In this document: piece by piece, positions 1-13,010 of the stretch
Position numbering within the stretch: position 1 is the first letter of the stretch
Layout of the letters: each line of letters opens with the position of its first letter
Assembly: GCA_951406725.2 (NCBI GenBank)
Contig: OX597819.1
Coordinates: 94,860,001-94,924,000 of the forward strand
Direction of reading: 5' to 3'
From: Octopus vulgaris
Taxonomy: Eukaryota
DNA length: 64,000 nucleotides
Made by a program: the position numbers and the translations under genes
The notes under the pieces: model-generated
Told to the model about the DNA's origin: nothing
Seen by the model: the letters and a program-made list of their open reading frames with translations, nothing else
Database searches by the model: none

Positions 1-329
1 CTCTTGGATCATTACTATTTATACTTTACTCAAACCAGTCTATCTCTTGCAAGGGGTCATCATAACTTTTATCACATCTCCTCTTTTGAGATTTCAACCA
101 CTGTGAGTAAGTGGAATTTCTTTTTTCTTTCCTTTCCAGCAACTCCCTCTTTTTTTTTTTAGCTGTTGTATCTTAATTGTTGCCCAACTTTTAAGGTAGT
201 ATTGTTTGTTGCACACAGCACTTTTACTTTTCATTGTACTAAGCACTCTTGTTTTTTTCGTTTTCTTTTTTTTTTTTAATTTAATATCTTTTTTGTTTAG
301 ATAATACTTCCAGATAGTCAGTCTACTTT

Positions 330-2058
330 TGCTTTTCTGAAGCTAGTTCTATGGAGTTCAATATCTCTCAATGCTGGCACTTCAAGCATATCATACCTTT
401 CCTTCTTCTGTGTGTCTCTTCTTTACTGGTTAAGGTGTCACTTATGTTCCAAACATTGTCCTTTAATTAAATACATCATGCTACCTAATCTTTTGATTAC
501 ACAGCCATCCTCCTAGCCTTCTTTAACATTTTTGTAATTTCTAAAATGAACTTCAAAATGTTTTGTAATATTTCTTGTATTTCCTTCAAATGTATTTTAT
601 GTCATTTTTCCTGACAATAATTTATCGAAGATTGATTTTATTTTATGTGCGAACATTAACTCTGCTGGTGACTTTACTGAATTAGTATTTGGATTTGGCA
701 TTATTCTATATACCCTCAAAAATTTCGATAGTGCTTCATCATTATTTAGCTCATTCCTAGCTTTTCTTAGAGTTCTTTTGAACACGTCAACAAATCTTTC
801 TGCCAGCCCATTTGATCTCAGGTGGTAGAGTAGAATAAAATGTACTTTATGGCATGTATTTTGCAGAAATTTCTTAATTCATGTCCCATGAATTGCATTC
901 AATTATCTGAAACTATCGTGTCTGGAACAAATATCAAGCAAATAACTTGAGTAGGAACTTTATTGTTGTCTTTGCTGTGGGTTTATTACATCTGCATACC
1001 TCTGGCCACTTTGTATAGTTATCTGCAATGATTAGATAGTATGCACTGTTCACTAGTCCAGCATAGTTGATATGTATCTTGGACCATGGGCTCTCAGTCT
1101 TTGTGCATAGATCTAGTTTATCTGAGAGTATTTGCAGGAATATCTTTAAAAATTTTCCCTTTAACTCTTATTAATTAGTTTTAGAGGGACAACCATTTAT
1201 GTTTTTACGACAGAGATTTATGGAGAGGTTTCATAAATCAAATAATTCTAACCAAACAGATTGGTTGCATTTTTAATGAGAAAGACTTTCGTCTTGCATG
1301 TTTTCCCTCAAAATGTGGCAGGATTTTTAATGTTTGACCTTTGTAATTTTGTTCTGCAGTGTGAATTATTTTGCAACTACAACATTTTGGATTTTTAAAT
1401 GGACAGTCTTTTCTGAAATGCATGCCCCCACAGCCATAACATGGATTAAGATGTGGCACTCTTTTTTAATTGTACTTTTCTGGTCAGCATATCTGTATTT
1501 TTGACGAATCCTTTTCTTGAATTTTTTCTACATTGTGTTTCAGGTTTACCATCCTTTGGCATTCTTCGACCACAGACTGTAAGGTTGGATCTTGGTTCAC
1601 TTGTTCCAATTTAGAAAGAATTCTTGTCCAAATTTCTGCATGTTCACTTGCTGTAAGACCTTGTACAAAAATAACTCTTAAACATCTCAGGTGTAAGTTC
1701 TTTGAGTTTAAAACTTTCACACATCTGGTTGACTGTTCCTACATATGTGATAAAATCATCATTCTCATTTTTCCTTATATTCCAACACTCCATTTGTGTG
1801 TTAAATAGAGAAGTTTTATCACTGAATATGTTAGACAGTAATTCTTTTGCAGATTTCATTGGGATTTTGGGCAATATGAAATTACAGTAATGTTTGTGTT
1901 CTAACGGAGCTAATTTTCACAATATCTCACCTTTTGTTCATTCGACCATGATTTGCAATCTTGCTTAAAAATATCCTTGTACCTTCTGCAGTACGATGCA
2001 AAAGTTATATTCTCCTCTGAGTTATAACTGAATTCATTAACCAAGTTTGAAATGCTGT
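330..2058 (-). mobile_element. Degenerate Ty3/Gypsy LTR-retrotransposon internal remnant (gag, zinc knuckle, integrase; protease/RT/RNaseH apparently deleted)
   Basis: Minus-strand fragments: gag-like LSNIFSDKTSLFN / FVQGLTASEHAEIWTRILSKLEQ, CCHC-type knuckle CYGCGGMHFRKDC (ORF 1238-1459), integrase-like PWSKIHINYAG...YTKWPEV, TIVSDN, NGLAERFVDVFKRTL...SPAELMF (ORF 597-785). Many stops and frameshifts. Ends approximate. Confidence 0.8.
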
Positions 2059-2816
2059 CTGGCGTAAATGAACTTACCTCACTGTACGTGTTGTGTAAGA
2101 GGTTGTGGCTACAATGCCGCTGCCGGGTTACTTGGTACAGAAGGTTCTCGCAAGTTGAGCTTACTGTTAACCATGGTGAAGTATTTCACAAACAGTGTGA
2201 AGTTAAACCTGGGCGTAGGTTGCTGTGTACGTAGAGATGTTGTTGGCATCGTTAAGATGAAGGTGATGGAGGTGGAGGTCCGGAATACTGCTGCTGGTGT
2301 CTGTCACTGGAACTGGCTGAGTGCTCTGTGGTCAGTGGTTGGACCTTAGAAGGTCTCGAACCAAAGACAAAATACGATTTGTTGTGATTAGCTTTTATAG
2401 TGACTAGGAGGCTCCAACAGAGGATTTAGAAGACTGTGTCACGAGACTATCAGAAGGCTGTGATTGGTTGGGTTGCACATTGGCGCATAATACAGCAAGA
2501 GACAAACTGCGCCAATACCAACCAATCAGCGTAGTGGACACAACAGGGTCCAAAAGGCCGAAGGCTAGCTGTTATCTGCTACGTTGATATTTATGTTATA
2601 TATAACAGAGAGACAGAGAGTATTTCACTAAGCGTCCACTACACTTGTAAACACAAGGCGTGTTATAAAAAAAACTGCCTAAATCTGCATCTCTAAAGCA
2701 AGAAATTATTTGTAACTCGTATTTTTATACTATGTACATCAAATGATATTTATCTCTCACTGGATAGAGTATTTTTGTTGATTTTATCTTAACGGAACAG
2801 TAAGCTACACACACAC

Positions 2817-5800
2817 CAGCCACGTAGCCAGCCGATTGCAACTGGGGGTGCTATCTTGATAGCTGGGGGTGCTGAAAAGGAGTATGGACAAAAGCTCCTA
2901 CTTAAAGTGAAAGTGGACAAAAGCCCTATGTTTATATTTTTCGGTTACTTTTTTTGTTTGTTTGTTTTTTCGCTTTTCTTGATGCCTAACTTGGTCAAAA
3001 CTTCTGATATATTTCGTTTTTATTTTCACTTTACTTGTTGCAATCATTAAACTGAGGCATTGCTGGGGCATCACCTCGAAGAATTTTTATTCGAATGTAT
3101 CAACTCCAATATTTTTTTTAATGATTTTCAACAAGCACATAGTTAAGCCTAAAAGGTCTTTCTACATGCTAGAGATAACAGCCAAATCGTTAAGCATTAT
3201 TTTTTATATAATATCAAATAAACATCAATCACGAAGCTGACAGTGTGTCTTCTCAACAATTCAATGATTTTGTTTTGCATTGCTGCTGAAGTGTAGGTCA
3301 CATCTTTTGGAATTGTGCTGTAGCATTCCATTAGCTTTGAGTCTTTCTCTAATGTGTACTAGAATAAGTTCATAAAAAGACCAGAAGGCTATGATCATCT
3401 TCCGAATAAAGATCCTGAAAAGCTTCATTTTCGTTTCCTCGAAAAGGCAATTCGTTTGCACAAAGAAAATGAACAATATGAACAATGGAACTGATATAAT
3501 AACGATTTTTGCTCAACTGATCATTTTGCAAGATTGAAGACACAAATGTTGTGGATAAACGCTGTTGGCATTCCTTCCATGTTACCATAGCTTGGATATA
3601 GGATGCAGAGTTTGCATGCTTATTTAAACCTTTGTTTTTTCTTTTGCATGATGCCAATTAGAATATCCATTTTTAATAAAACAAGTATCAGCTTGAGCAG
3701 AAGTATAAAAGTGCTGACAAGCAAAACAAAACAAGGCTTTCCTTGAAAGAGAATACTCTAACCATGGACGACCAGTATACCAGCTTGACGAGAAGTCACG
3801 TCTCGGATTTCCATAAATTTTTGGATCAAACTTTGCTAGAACTGGCTGCACTGGTTGGCAGTCAACATGACCTAGATCATCCAATGAGGGTGTCAAAGAC
3901 TTTGCAAGACCTCCCTTGAGCTGCGAAACTTCGTTTGCAATTATCTTCTGCTTAGCATTTCTGCCGAGACTCTTTACTGGCTGTTCTTTCACCATTGGTA
4001 TGTCTTCACTTCCTATCCTGAATTTCACTTCTTCTTGCTTTCCTTTCACGAAAGCCACGCTTCGAGATTTTTTGGCTTTGAATTTCATCCTTGCCCATCC
4101 TATCAGTTCGTCCAACCGCTCTAATGTTCCCTCTGCTGCTTCTCTACTTTCCGATAATATAGTTACGTCGTCCATAAAAAAGCCATTAATGGTGTCTTTG
4201 TAACAGCTTTCTCACAGTTTGTAGATCTGAGTAGCATTTCCATGACTAGCACGAATAAGATGACTGATATCGTGCATATGGCTGCAATACCTATTTCAAG
4301 CCGTTGCCACTCTGTTGTGAACCTTCCTGCTGTAAATCTCATCCTCAGGTTATCGTAGTACGACATGAGCATTCGTTGAACATCTTTTGGAATCCAAAAG
4401 AAGTTCATCGCTGTTTTTATTATTACGTGTGGAACAGATCCATAAGCATTGGCAATATCTAGCCAAACAATATATAGGTTTTTCTTCATTTGTTTTGCAC
4501 AGGTGATGGCTTCCCAGATGGAAAATGCGTGTTCTATGCACCCAGGGATCCCTGCTTTTTGAATCGCTTCAATAACGTATCTGTTATGCTGTACGAATCT
4601 TATGATTCGTCTAGCAATTATTCTGAACATGGTTTTCCCATCTGTATTTAGTAGTGAAATCGGTCTAAATTGGCCTAGTGTCTTTGCCTCTTTTTCTTTA
4701 GGTAGATAGATACCTTTGGCTATACACCATCGCTCCGCTACATCTTTCTCCTTCCACATTTCTCTTATCAGTACAAACAGCTGCAATCGTAATTTCGGGC
4801 AATATTAGTATACCTTGTAGCTTACTCCATCGTTCCCTGGTGCACTTTTTGCTCTTGCTTTCCTTATGAACTCATCCATTTCTTTCCGTTTGATGTCGCT
4901 CAAATCAAATGGTACTCTTGGTTCAAGTGGTTTCTTCAGTTCATGCATTTCTGGGAGTACTTCATTTCTATCAGAGTCGCTGTATGTCTCTTTCAGATGT
5001 TGTTCGAGCTCTTCTTTCGTGCAATCCAATTTTCCACTTTTACTTTCAGTAAATAGATGTTTCGCATATTGATAGGAATTGTTCACAAAGCTACGATAGT
5101 TTTTTTCTCTCTCCTTTCTTCTGCTCCTCCTTCTTTGTTTTCTTAGCAGATCTCGATGCCTCCTTTTTATCTCTTCATATAGCTGCTTTAGCCCTTCTCT
5201 TTCCTCCTTCTTTGCGTCCCTCCATCTGGTTCTGAGTTTTTTCTTCTCTTCTTGAATCTTGGCGATCCGTCTTTCTCTCCTCGATGGTCCGCTCTTTGCC
5301 GTTGATTCTACCTTCCCTGTTGTTTCCAGTCCAAATCTTTTCTTTCCTTCCTGGTAGATTGTATTAGCCAGGTTTTCGAGATTTCGTTCGTTGTCGCCTT
5401 TGAATTTGGTGGTCATTCTTGCTACCTCGTCGTCAAATTTTTTATAACTCGCCGCGTCATTTGCTTTCGGCCACTTAACCTTTGTCCTTTTCACGTCTAT
5501 CAGTCTTTTTGACTGTTCCAATTCAACTGTGGAATGAACCTCACTATGGTTGTTTTCCGGGGGGTTCTGGCCACACGTCTTATGGTTTATCAACCCGCGT
5601 TGTTGAATTACTTTCTTCTGGCACACCTTCCCTTGGTGGATTCTCAGCCCGATGTAACTAGCAAACACCTTTCTGCAGCAGCTGAACTCCTCATTTACCA
5701 TTCCTATACCGTTTCCTTTCTCATTGTCCATTTCCGGTCCAAGTCCATTTCGTTTTTTTCTTTCCCTATTTGATCCTTTATTCTTCCCCCGTGGTCCGGG

Positions 5801-6258
5801 ATCATGGGGGCATGATTTCCCATGTTTTTTCGTTGCAATTTTAGCCCGGATCGGGCTGCAAGCCCATTTGATCCTTCGTTAGGCTGTCGTACTGTCAACA
5901 GCAACAAGGACAATCACCAGCACCACCGTCGCCACCACGAGACCCACAACAACAACTGACCCAGTATCACCCACTCCTTAATTCAACCCACAGTTGATGA
6001 CGGGGTCAGCAGCCAATTCTGTGACAACAATTACAGCTACAACAAACACTTTGACCAGCTCTAATTTACCCACATTTTCATATCACGAACTACTAACTCA
6101 AAAGAAATTCAATTTATTGCATCTTTAGCGACTTCAGATATTGCTTATGAGAAAGGTGGCGACAATGTGGATAAAACAAATTCTTATACTGGGGTGGAGG
6201 GGCTGAGAGGATCCTAACTGGGGGTGCTGAGCACCCCCCCCCCGTAGCTACGTGCCTC
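2817..6258 (-). mobile_element. hAT DNA transposon remnant (ZMYM1/ZnF-TTF/DUF4371-type transposase) carrying a nested LINE fragment
   Basis: Imperfect TIRs CAGCCACGTAGC (2817-2828) and GCTACGTGCCTC (6247-6258). Shared subterminal AACTGGGGGTGCT motif near both ends, flanked by ACACACAC on both sides. Transposase fragments at about 3230-3960: RDFSSSWYTGRPWLEYSLSRKALFCFACQHF, GYSNWHHA, FLCANELPFRG. Confidence 0.7.
3960..5899 (-). mobile_element. HERO-like (RLE-group) non-LTR retrotransposon, N-terminal region and RT, 3'-truncated, pseudogenised
   Basis: ORFs 4805-5731, 4163-4786 and 3624-4175: N-terminal zinc-finger-like CCRKVFASYIGLRIHQGKVC, KVKWP, SAPGNDGVSYKVY, FRPISLLN, WLDIANAYGSVPH, (F)MDDVT, WARMKFKAKKSRS. 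No endonuclease domain seen. Clade call is from remembered motifs. Confidence 0.8.
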
Positions 6259-7657
6259 ACACACACACACATACACACACACACAACGAGCTTCTTTCAA
6301 TTTCTGTCCACTCAAAGCTTTGGGCGGCTTGAGGTGTCATGTAGTGGGACTGAAACCGAGAGCATGCGGTTGAGAAACACATTTCTTACTACACAGTTAT
6401 GCCTTTTCTTTACACAATTGTATTTCCGCCCCGTTAATCTTACGTAGCTGACAATAGTATATTTATTTTCTCCATTCGAAGTTACTCGAATGTTTTTATT
6501 GCCTCATATTGATTTTGGAGGTGATTTGGAGATGGTACCATATCAATAGACAGTACCGACGAGTGGATATGGTTTGTTATGTGTTTGTCATGAAAAACAA
6601 TATCACTTTTGCGATGAAATCATGATATAATTTTAATAGAGGTAATAGAAGTCACGGGGAAAAAAATGAAAGTAGAGAAAAGCGCTTTTATAGTACAAGG
6701 GAGGTCACTCTTCATAAACACGGGAGCGCTGCATTTTTGACCATTTTATTATTAATTTTTCGAAAGACATATAAACTTATTTGAATGACATGTGATATCT
6801 CTGCGAGATTCACTACAAGTATTTTAAAATTCTAATACCTTCTGGATTATTTAAATTTTAACAGAATCAACGTCTACAATACAAAATATTAATTGGCTTA
6901 GTTTGACTCAGAAGTTATATCTTCGTGATATTCCCCCGTTAATTCAATTTTTGACTAAGTTACAAAGGCTCACATTTGGCGATAGAGGTTTTCGTCCATT
7001 ATATCGACTCCAGTACCAAACAACTACCTATTTTACTGACCACCGGAAAGATGAAAGATAAAGTAGATCTTGGCGAGATTTGTATCCAGAATTTAAATGT
7101 CTGGTACTAAATACTGCAAATCCTTGTGTCCTCTCATAACCATTTTGCCAATCCGTCGACTGACAAGCCCAGAAATTTGGTGGGAGCGGGCTCCTCGATT
7201 ATCTCGATCTCCGGGGCTCGGCTGGTGTTTATTTTATCGCCTCCGAATGGATGAAAGGTAAAGTTGACCCTGGTGGAATTTCACCTCAGAACACAAAACC
7301 CGAAGAAATGCCACTAAGCATTTTGTTCGCCGCCTTATCTCCATTGTTATATTGGTTTCAAATTTTGGCATAAGGCCAGCAATTTCGGACGATTACAACG
7401 ACTCTAGTGCTCAACTGGCACTTATTTTATCTATCCCAGTCAACCACTAAATATTCCAATAAATAATTATTTCTAACATATGTACAAAATTTATGTAAAC
7501 AAAACTTTTAATCGATGCCAGTACTTGACTGCTTGATTTACAAGGTAAAGGGACATAACTAAGTTATGATAAGTAATTCCTAGTTATATCCCTTTCATTA
7601 AAAACCGTGAACTACAGAAATAACGGCATTATTGTTTGAGATAGCTTTATTATGAAA

Positions 7658-8044
7658 CTAGTAGTATAACCCGGCGTTGCTCGGGTTTGTTTCGACCCTT
7701 TAGAATTGGAATTTTTGAAAAGTAAAAATTTTGCATTATGTAGCTTGTTATTCTCTTTAAGTGAACATTTTTCTGGTTGAAATACACCGAAAAATGGCGA
7801 CACAGCAGTAAAAAAATCGTTAAAAATAGGGATTTTCATAGAAAAAAAGCACCCTTTTCATTAAATAAGTTTTGGCGTTAACATGGTCCGATATGAATTT
7901 TTTCTTCTACGGAAGGAAGAACAAGCCTTCTTCTATCATACTCTCAATTTTGGTCAACTTGCGCCGCAGGGTCTCGGAGGAGATAGTGTTAGTTGAAGGC
8001 TACCAAACCTGCCATACACAGACAACTTCAGCTTTATATATATA
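7658..8044 (-). mobile_element. Non-autonomous Helitron-like element, copy A
   Basis: On the minus strand it ends with hairpin CCCGAGCAACGCCGGG followed by CTAG (7658-7661). The 5' end is TATATATATAAAGCTGAAGTTGTCTGT. Confidence 0.65.
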
Positions 8045-8548
8045 CTAGCAGTATCACCCGGCGTTGCTCGGGTTTGTAAGGGAAATAACTATATAAGCAT
8101 TTTTAGAGAGTTACTTCCCTTATAGATGCCAATTCGGGCTTTCTTAGCCATTTCTGTTTTGGTCTCTTCAAGCCATGAAGTCGTTGTTCTAAAAGAACGC
8201 TGGTCTCCTTGACAACGCTTTACGACGTTGATTTCCTTACACTCCCTTCCCCACAGCTTCACGAGGGAGGGAAGAAGCAAACAGGTGCAGGTGTGAGCGT
8301 GGACGCCAACTCTGCCGCCATCGACACACGAAAAATTATGCATTAAAATGGAATAAAAAATAATGTTAAATTATTTTAAAAATCGTAGACTCATCGTAGA
8401 CGCGCACTAATAGCCAGACAGGCTCAATATGAATCACGACTATAAGATACCCGAATTTGGTTAAACTGCACCGCAAAATGTGGGAGGAGTTAGGAATCTA
8501 AATCGAAGGGGACAGACACTCACACAACTACAGTTTTATATATATAGA
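8045..8548 (-). mobile_element. Non-autonomous Helitron-like element, copy B, head-to-tail with copy A
   Basis: 5' TCTATATATATAAAACTGTAGTTGTGTGAGTGTCTGTC at 8548. 3' hairpin CCCGAGCAACGCCGGG plus CTAG (8045-8048). Confidence 0.7.
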
Positions 8549-8820
8549 TATATATAGATTTTGTTCTCTAGGAAATTTTAAAAATTCTTTTAATATACAA
8601 ATAAAAGTCGTTTGAAAGAAATAGAGGAACAGTTTAAGGAAACGACTTTGTATGCTGCTATTTTCAAAATGCCGATTTTGGCGAATTTTTTTTTACCGAT
8701 TTGCATTCTCCGTAGCCAAAAACGGAGGTTTGTGTAGAAAGAAAGACATTAAATATAAAAGTGTTTTGGGGTGGAGGGTACAAAAGGAAGTCTTACCAAA
8801 AGGAGAATTGAGCCTTTCTT

Positions 8821-10185
8821 GGTGGATATAAAGACAATGGACTGCATCCCACTTTGGGATACTTACTTTTACTTTTACTTGTTTCAGTCATTTGACTGCG
8901 GCCATGCTGGAGCACCGCCTTTAGTCAAGCAAATCGACCCTGGGACTTATTCTTTGTAAGCCCAGTACTTATTCTATTGGTCTCTTTTTGCCGAACCGCT
9001 AAATGACGGGGCGTAAACACACCAGCATCGGTTGTCAAGCAATTCTAGGGGGACAAACACAGACACACAAACATACATATATATATATACATACATACGA
9101 CAAGCTTCTTTCAGTTTCCGTCTACCAAATCCACTCACAAGGCTCTGGTTGGCCCGAGGCTATAGTAGAAGACATTTGCCCAAGATGCCACGCAGTGGGA
9201 CTGAACACGGAACCATGTAGTTCATAAGCAAGCTACTTACCACACAGCCACTCCTGCGCCTAAGGTTTTTTTGTTTTTTTTTTTATACAGGAACCCACTA
9301 TATCAAATGCTGAGATTCTGAATCTGCATTACAAAATTTTAATTCCTCCTCCATTTCTTAAATTTTCCCTTTAAAAAATTGGCGGGGTGGGGGGGAATAC
9401 GCAGAAAAATACGGAGATTATGATTCTGAAAAAAAAGAAAATTTTGCAAAATTCAATTTTTCAAAAACAAAAAATTAATAAACACCTCCTCCCCATCGCC
9501 CTATGACAAGAAGTGAAATTAAAGTGTTTTCTATACTAATGTTTCACGCATGCATAGAATTATAAAATAGCAGACGCAAAAAGTATCTAAACAGACAACC
9601 TGACATGCTAGAAACGCATTTTCAAAATTTTTATATGAATTACCAAAGAAAAAATGTCAAAATTTAAATCTGCCCCAACCGGAAATCTGACAAGCTAGAA
9701 ACAACAGCCAAACCGAGGATCAACTTTCTAAATACAAATTACAAAAAGAGAAAAGAAATTTTTAAATGTCATTTTGTTGTACGTGTGTGAGCAAAAAATT
9801 TAATTTTTACGTACCTCTCTTAATTCCAAAAGACTCTAACCACAACATGAAGCATTAGTAGAGAAAACACTTTAATTTCACTTCTTGTCATAGGGCAGAG
9901 GGGAGGGGGTGTTTATTTTTATCTATTTATTTTTTTGAAAAATTGAAATTTTACAGAATTTCTTTTTCAGAATCATAATCGCTATATTTTCCTACGTATT
10001 TCGCCAAAAACAATTTTTTTTTTAAAGTGAAAATTTAAGAAATTTCGGTGGGGGAGGGGGGGATTAAAATTTTGAAATGCAGATTTTTTTTGTAGATTCA
10101 GAATCTCGATATAGTGGGTTCCTGTAAAAAGAAAAAAACCCAAGAAACATCTCAAAGGGGTGCAGTCCATTGTCTTTACCTCCAC
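8821..10185. mobile_element. Foldback/MITE-like element with long inverted arms, left arm interrupted by a SINE-like repeat
   Basis: 8821-8860 plus 9262-9550 is the reverse complement of about 9845-10185. Examples: GCCCTATGACAAGAAGTGAAATTAAAGTGTTTTCT vs AGAAAACACTTTAATTTCACTTCTTGTCATAGGGC, and TAAAGACAATGGACTGCA vs TGCAGTCCATTGTCTTTA. Confidence 0.75.
8861..9262. mobile_element. SINE-like interspersed repeat (family recurring throughout the window)
   Basis: Motifs TTTTACTTGTTTCAGTCATT...GGCCATGCTGGAGCACC and CTTCTTTCAGTTTCCGTCTACCAAATCCACTCACAAGG recur in diverged form at about 6285, 21280, 23040, 32630-33003, 35910 and 57470. Confidence 0.7.
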
Positions 10186-10473
10186 TGCTTTCTTATCTGT
10201 CAATCTGTAAGGAGCGTTCTCTCACTATCCATGTGGACATTCTCTTCTCTTGGTTGTACATACAGTTCTTGCCTTCACGCTGTCCGGTTGCCCTCTGACC
10301 TCTTCCTGTCCCCGCTGCACATGCTCTCTTGAGGCCTTCCATTCTCAGGGACTCCCGACAGGACCTACCCACTCTCCCACTTCCGCCTTTACCACAGCTT
10401 CAGCTCAATACTCCCCCCCCCCACCGATCTGACAATCACTATTACCTACATCCTTTCATAGTCTTCCAGCCAC

Positions 10474-11660
10474 TTAGGTGGATGATGCTCTCCAGGTAGT
10501 GAGAGTAGAGGTAGTGAGAGCGGAGTGGTGTATACTGATAGAAATGTCAAGAAATGCAATGGAAGAGTTAGAAATAGTGCAGGAGAATTTGAGGCTAAGA
10601 TGGAAAGATTGGACAAAAGAGAGGAAGGAGTCTAGTTGTTTGTGGGAGAGTGAGGTCACACCAATACAGTCATCAATATAATGACTGTATAGTTCAAGAG
10701 TGGGACCAGTGAATCATGAGAATATTTAGGCCTCAACATAGCCAATGAACAGGTTCGCATAGTTGGGGCCCATTCTCATGGCCACTCTCGAGACCTGTTG
10801 GTAAAATTCCCCTGCAAACAAGAAGCAGTTGCGGGAGAGAACAAGTTCAGCCAGATGAAGAAGTGTGGAGGTGTCAGGTTGTGGGTTGGGTCAAAGGTCC
10901 AGAAAGTGTTTCAAAGCAAGAATTCCTTCGTTGTGTGGGATCACCATATATAAACTCTTGATATCAAGAGTGAAGCGAAGTTTAGAGGGGCCAGAAGGAA
11001 AGGAGAAAGAATTAAAGAAACAGAGAGCATGGTTAGTGTGATGAATGTAGGAAGCCACTGGGGTGGGGTGGGGGTGGGGGCAAGAACACTGTCAAGGTAT
11101 TTAGAGATCGATTCCATAGGGCAGTTGCAGGCAGAGATGATGGGGCAGCCAGGTTTGTTGGGCTTGTGGATTTTGGGAAAGAAGTAAATGGTGGGGGTGT
11201 ATGGAATGTGGACAATGAGGTTGGAGGCAGTGGGAGAGAGATGGGTGGAAGAAATGAAATTAAGGATAGTGGAAGACACAGTCTATTGTTAGGCATGGGG
11301 TTGGAGGGCAGAAGGCAATAGAAGGAGGGGCCTTGAAGTTGGCGGAGAGCTTCAGCCTTGTAGAGGTCTGCACGCCACACCACCATGGCTCCACCTTTGT
11401 CAGCTGGTTTTTTGATAATATCTTTGCAGCATCAGAGACATCGGAGTGCTGAGAGTTCGGCTAAAGAGATGTTCAAATGTCAGGGATGCCTGCAAAAGTT
11501 GAACCAGTCCACAACACATTGGCAGATGCTTGCAAAATGATCAACTGCTTGGAACAGGCCAGAAGGTGGCGTCCAGTGGGATGGTTGGTAGCTCAGGTTG
11601 GTGAAGCAGTCCTCTTCATTAGGTGCAGGTGGAGTGTTGTGGAAAAGTGCATATAGCCTG
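10474..11660 (-). mobile_element. Penelope-like element (PLE) reverse transcriptase remnant
   Basis: Minus-strand motifs KPADKGGAMVVW, YFFPKIHKPNKPGCPIISAC, MRMGPNYANLFIGYVE, HYIDDCIG, FVQSFHLSLKFS...IAFLDI, typical of PLE RTs. Frameshifted. Confidence 0.8.
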
Positions 11661-12029
11661 ATGTGGCACACAAAGCTATGAATATCAGCATGGGTCTAAA
11701 ACTTGTTACTGGATGGAGTGAGTGGGGTGAAGCACAAACCCTTGCCATATTCAATGCTTACACACACTTTTTATGGTTGAGATCTGAAAAGCATGAAGAG
11801 TACGTCAGATGTACTGAAATATCTGTTAACTGCTATTATCCTTCCCATGAAAAATATAACATTGTTAAAAAGAGCCAACCAGAACATCTTGAAATAATGT
11901 ATGAGCTGGGTGCCTCATACATTATACAAGGTGCTGCCAACAAGATGATGGCTGCCCCATCATCTCTGCCTGCAACTGCCCTATGGAATTGATCTCTAAA
12001 TACCTCGACAGTGTTCTTGCTCCTTTTGA

Positions 12030-13010
12030 GAATCATGGGCGAAAGAACAAAGTATGGAGCCTTGTAGAACAGATTTTAATCAAGAAAATGACAAAGGAAA
12101 AAAAAGAGTGAAGAACTGCAGGAATGTAACTGTAATGTGGCTGGACTACCAGAAATCTTTGATAATATACTGATTGAGCAGATTATCAAAGCATTACACA
12201 TTAACAAAAGTTTCACAACTACTGGTAGCTACTATCCAACACCTAACAGGACTGGGTACACTGCTTGCTTCACTCATCAGAGGTGATTGCAAACCAGTCA
12301 AATCTGATGCAATGCATTTATTCAAATGACATCATAAAGGATGATGGTTTCTCAGTTGTGCTCTTTTTTAACCTGTTATTGTACCTGATCACAAAGTGTT
12401 TATAGAAATGACAATTTTTTTTTTTATCTAGGAACACCTCTTATCTTTCCTTTGTAGATGACCAAAAGCTGTATGGACCAAGAACCAACTGGATCTCAAA
12501 CACTGGAATGAACTATGATGAATGCAAATGAGTATATTTGGGGGTAAGATGAAAAAAAAGTTAAGTATTCTAAAAAAAAACTAAGCATGAATGGTTTTAT
12601 AATGCAGCCTTTACATTCAGGTGAAAACTACAGGTAACTTCATGACCACCCTGAATATCAGGTGTGATAGCCCCATCAACAAGAGAACAAAAAATGAATA
12701 CCATAATGTTAGGAAAATATGGTCCTCAAATCTATATTTGACTTTCTAAATTGTTCATAATAAAATGTAATGAAATGTTTCGTTTTGGGATTTGGTTTGC
12801 AAGATTATTTATATGAGTTCGTGTGTTGAAGCATATTCTGTTGTGTCTGGGGAGAGTCATTTTCTTTTTGTGCCTTATTATTTAACACACTCACTGGTAA
12901 TTAAGCACTCAGAAACTGCTCAGCATTACTGGAAATGTCAACATCACTGAGAATGTGGACATTATATTTCTCATGCAAGAAGGGCAGCTTTGATTTTGAA
13001 TCTGTCTTAT
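12030..13010 (+). mobile_element. Highly decayed R4/Dong-like non-LTR retrotransposon RT fragment
   Basis: ATGTGGCTGGACTACCAGAAATCTTTTGAT (MWLDYQKSFD) near 12135 and TTTGTAGATGACCAAAAGCTGTAT (FVDDQKLY) near 12451 resemble RT motifs. Otherwise heavily degraded. Confidence 0.45.

Noticed and set aside
5780-6020. HDV-like ribozyme in the 5' region of the HERO-like element
   Set aside because: GC-rich hairpins are present, but I could not assign the nested double-pseudoknot pairings.
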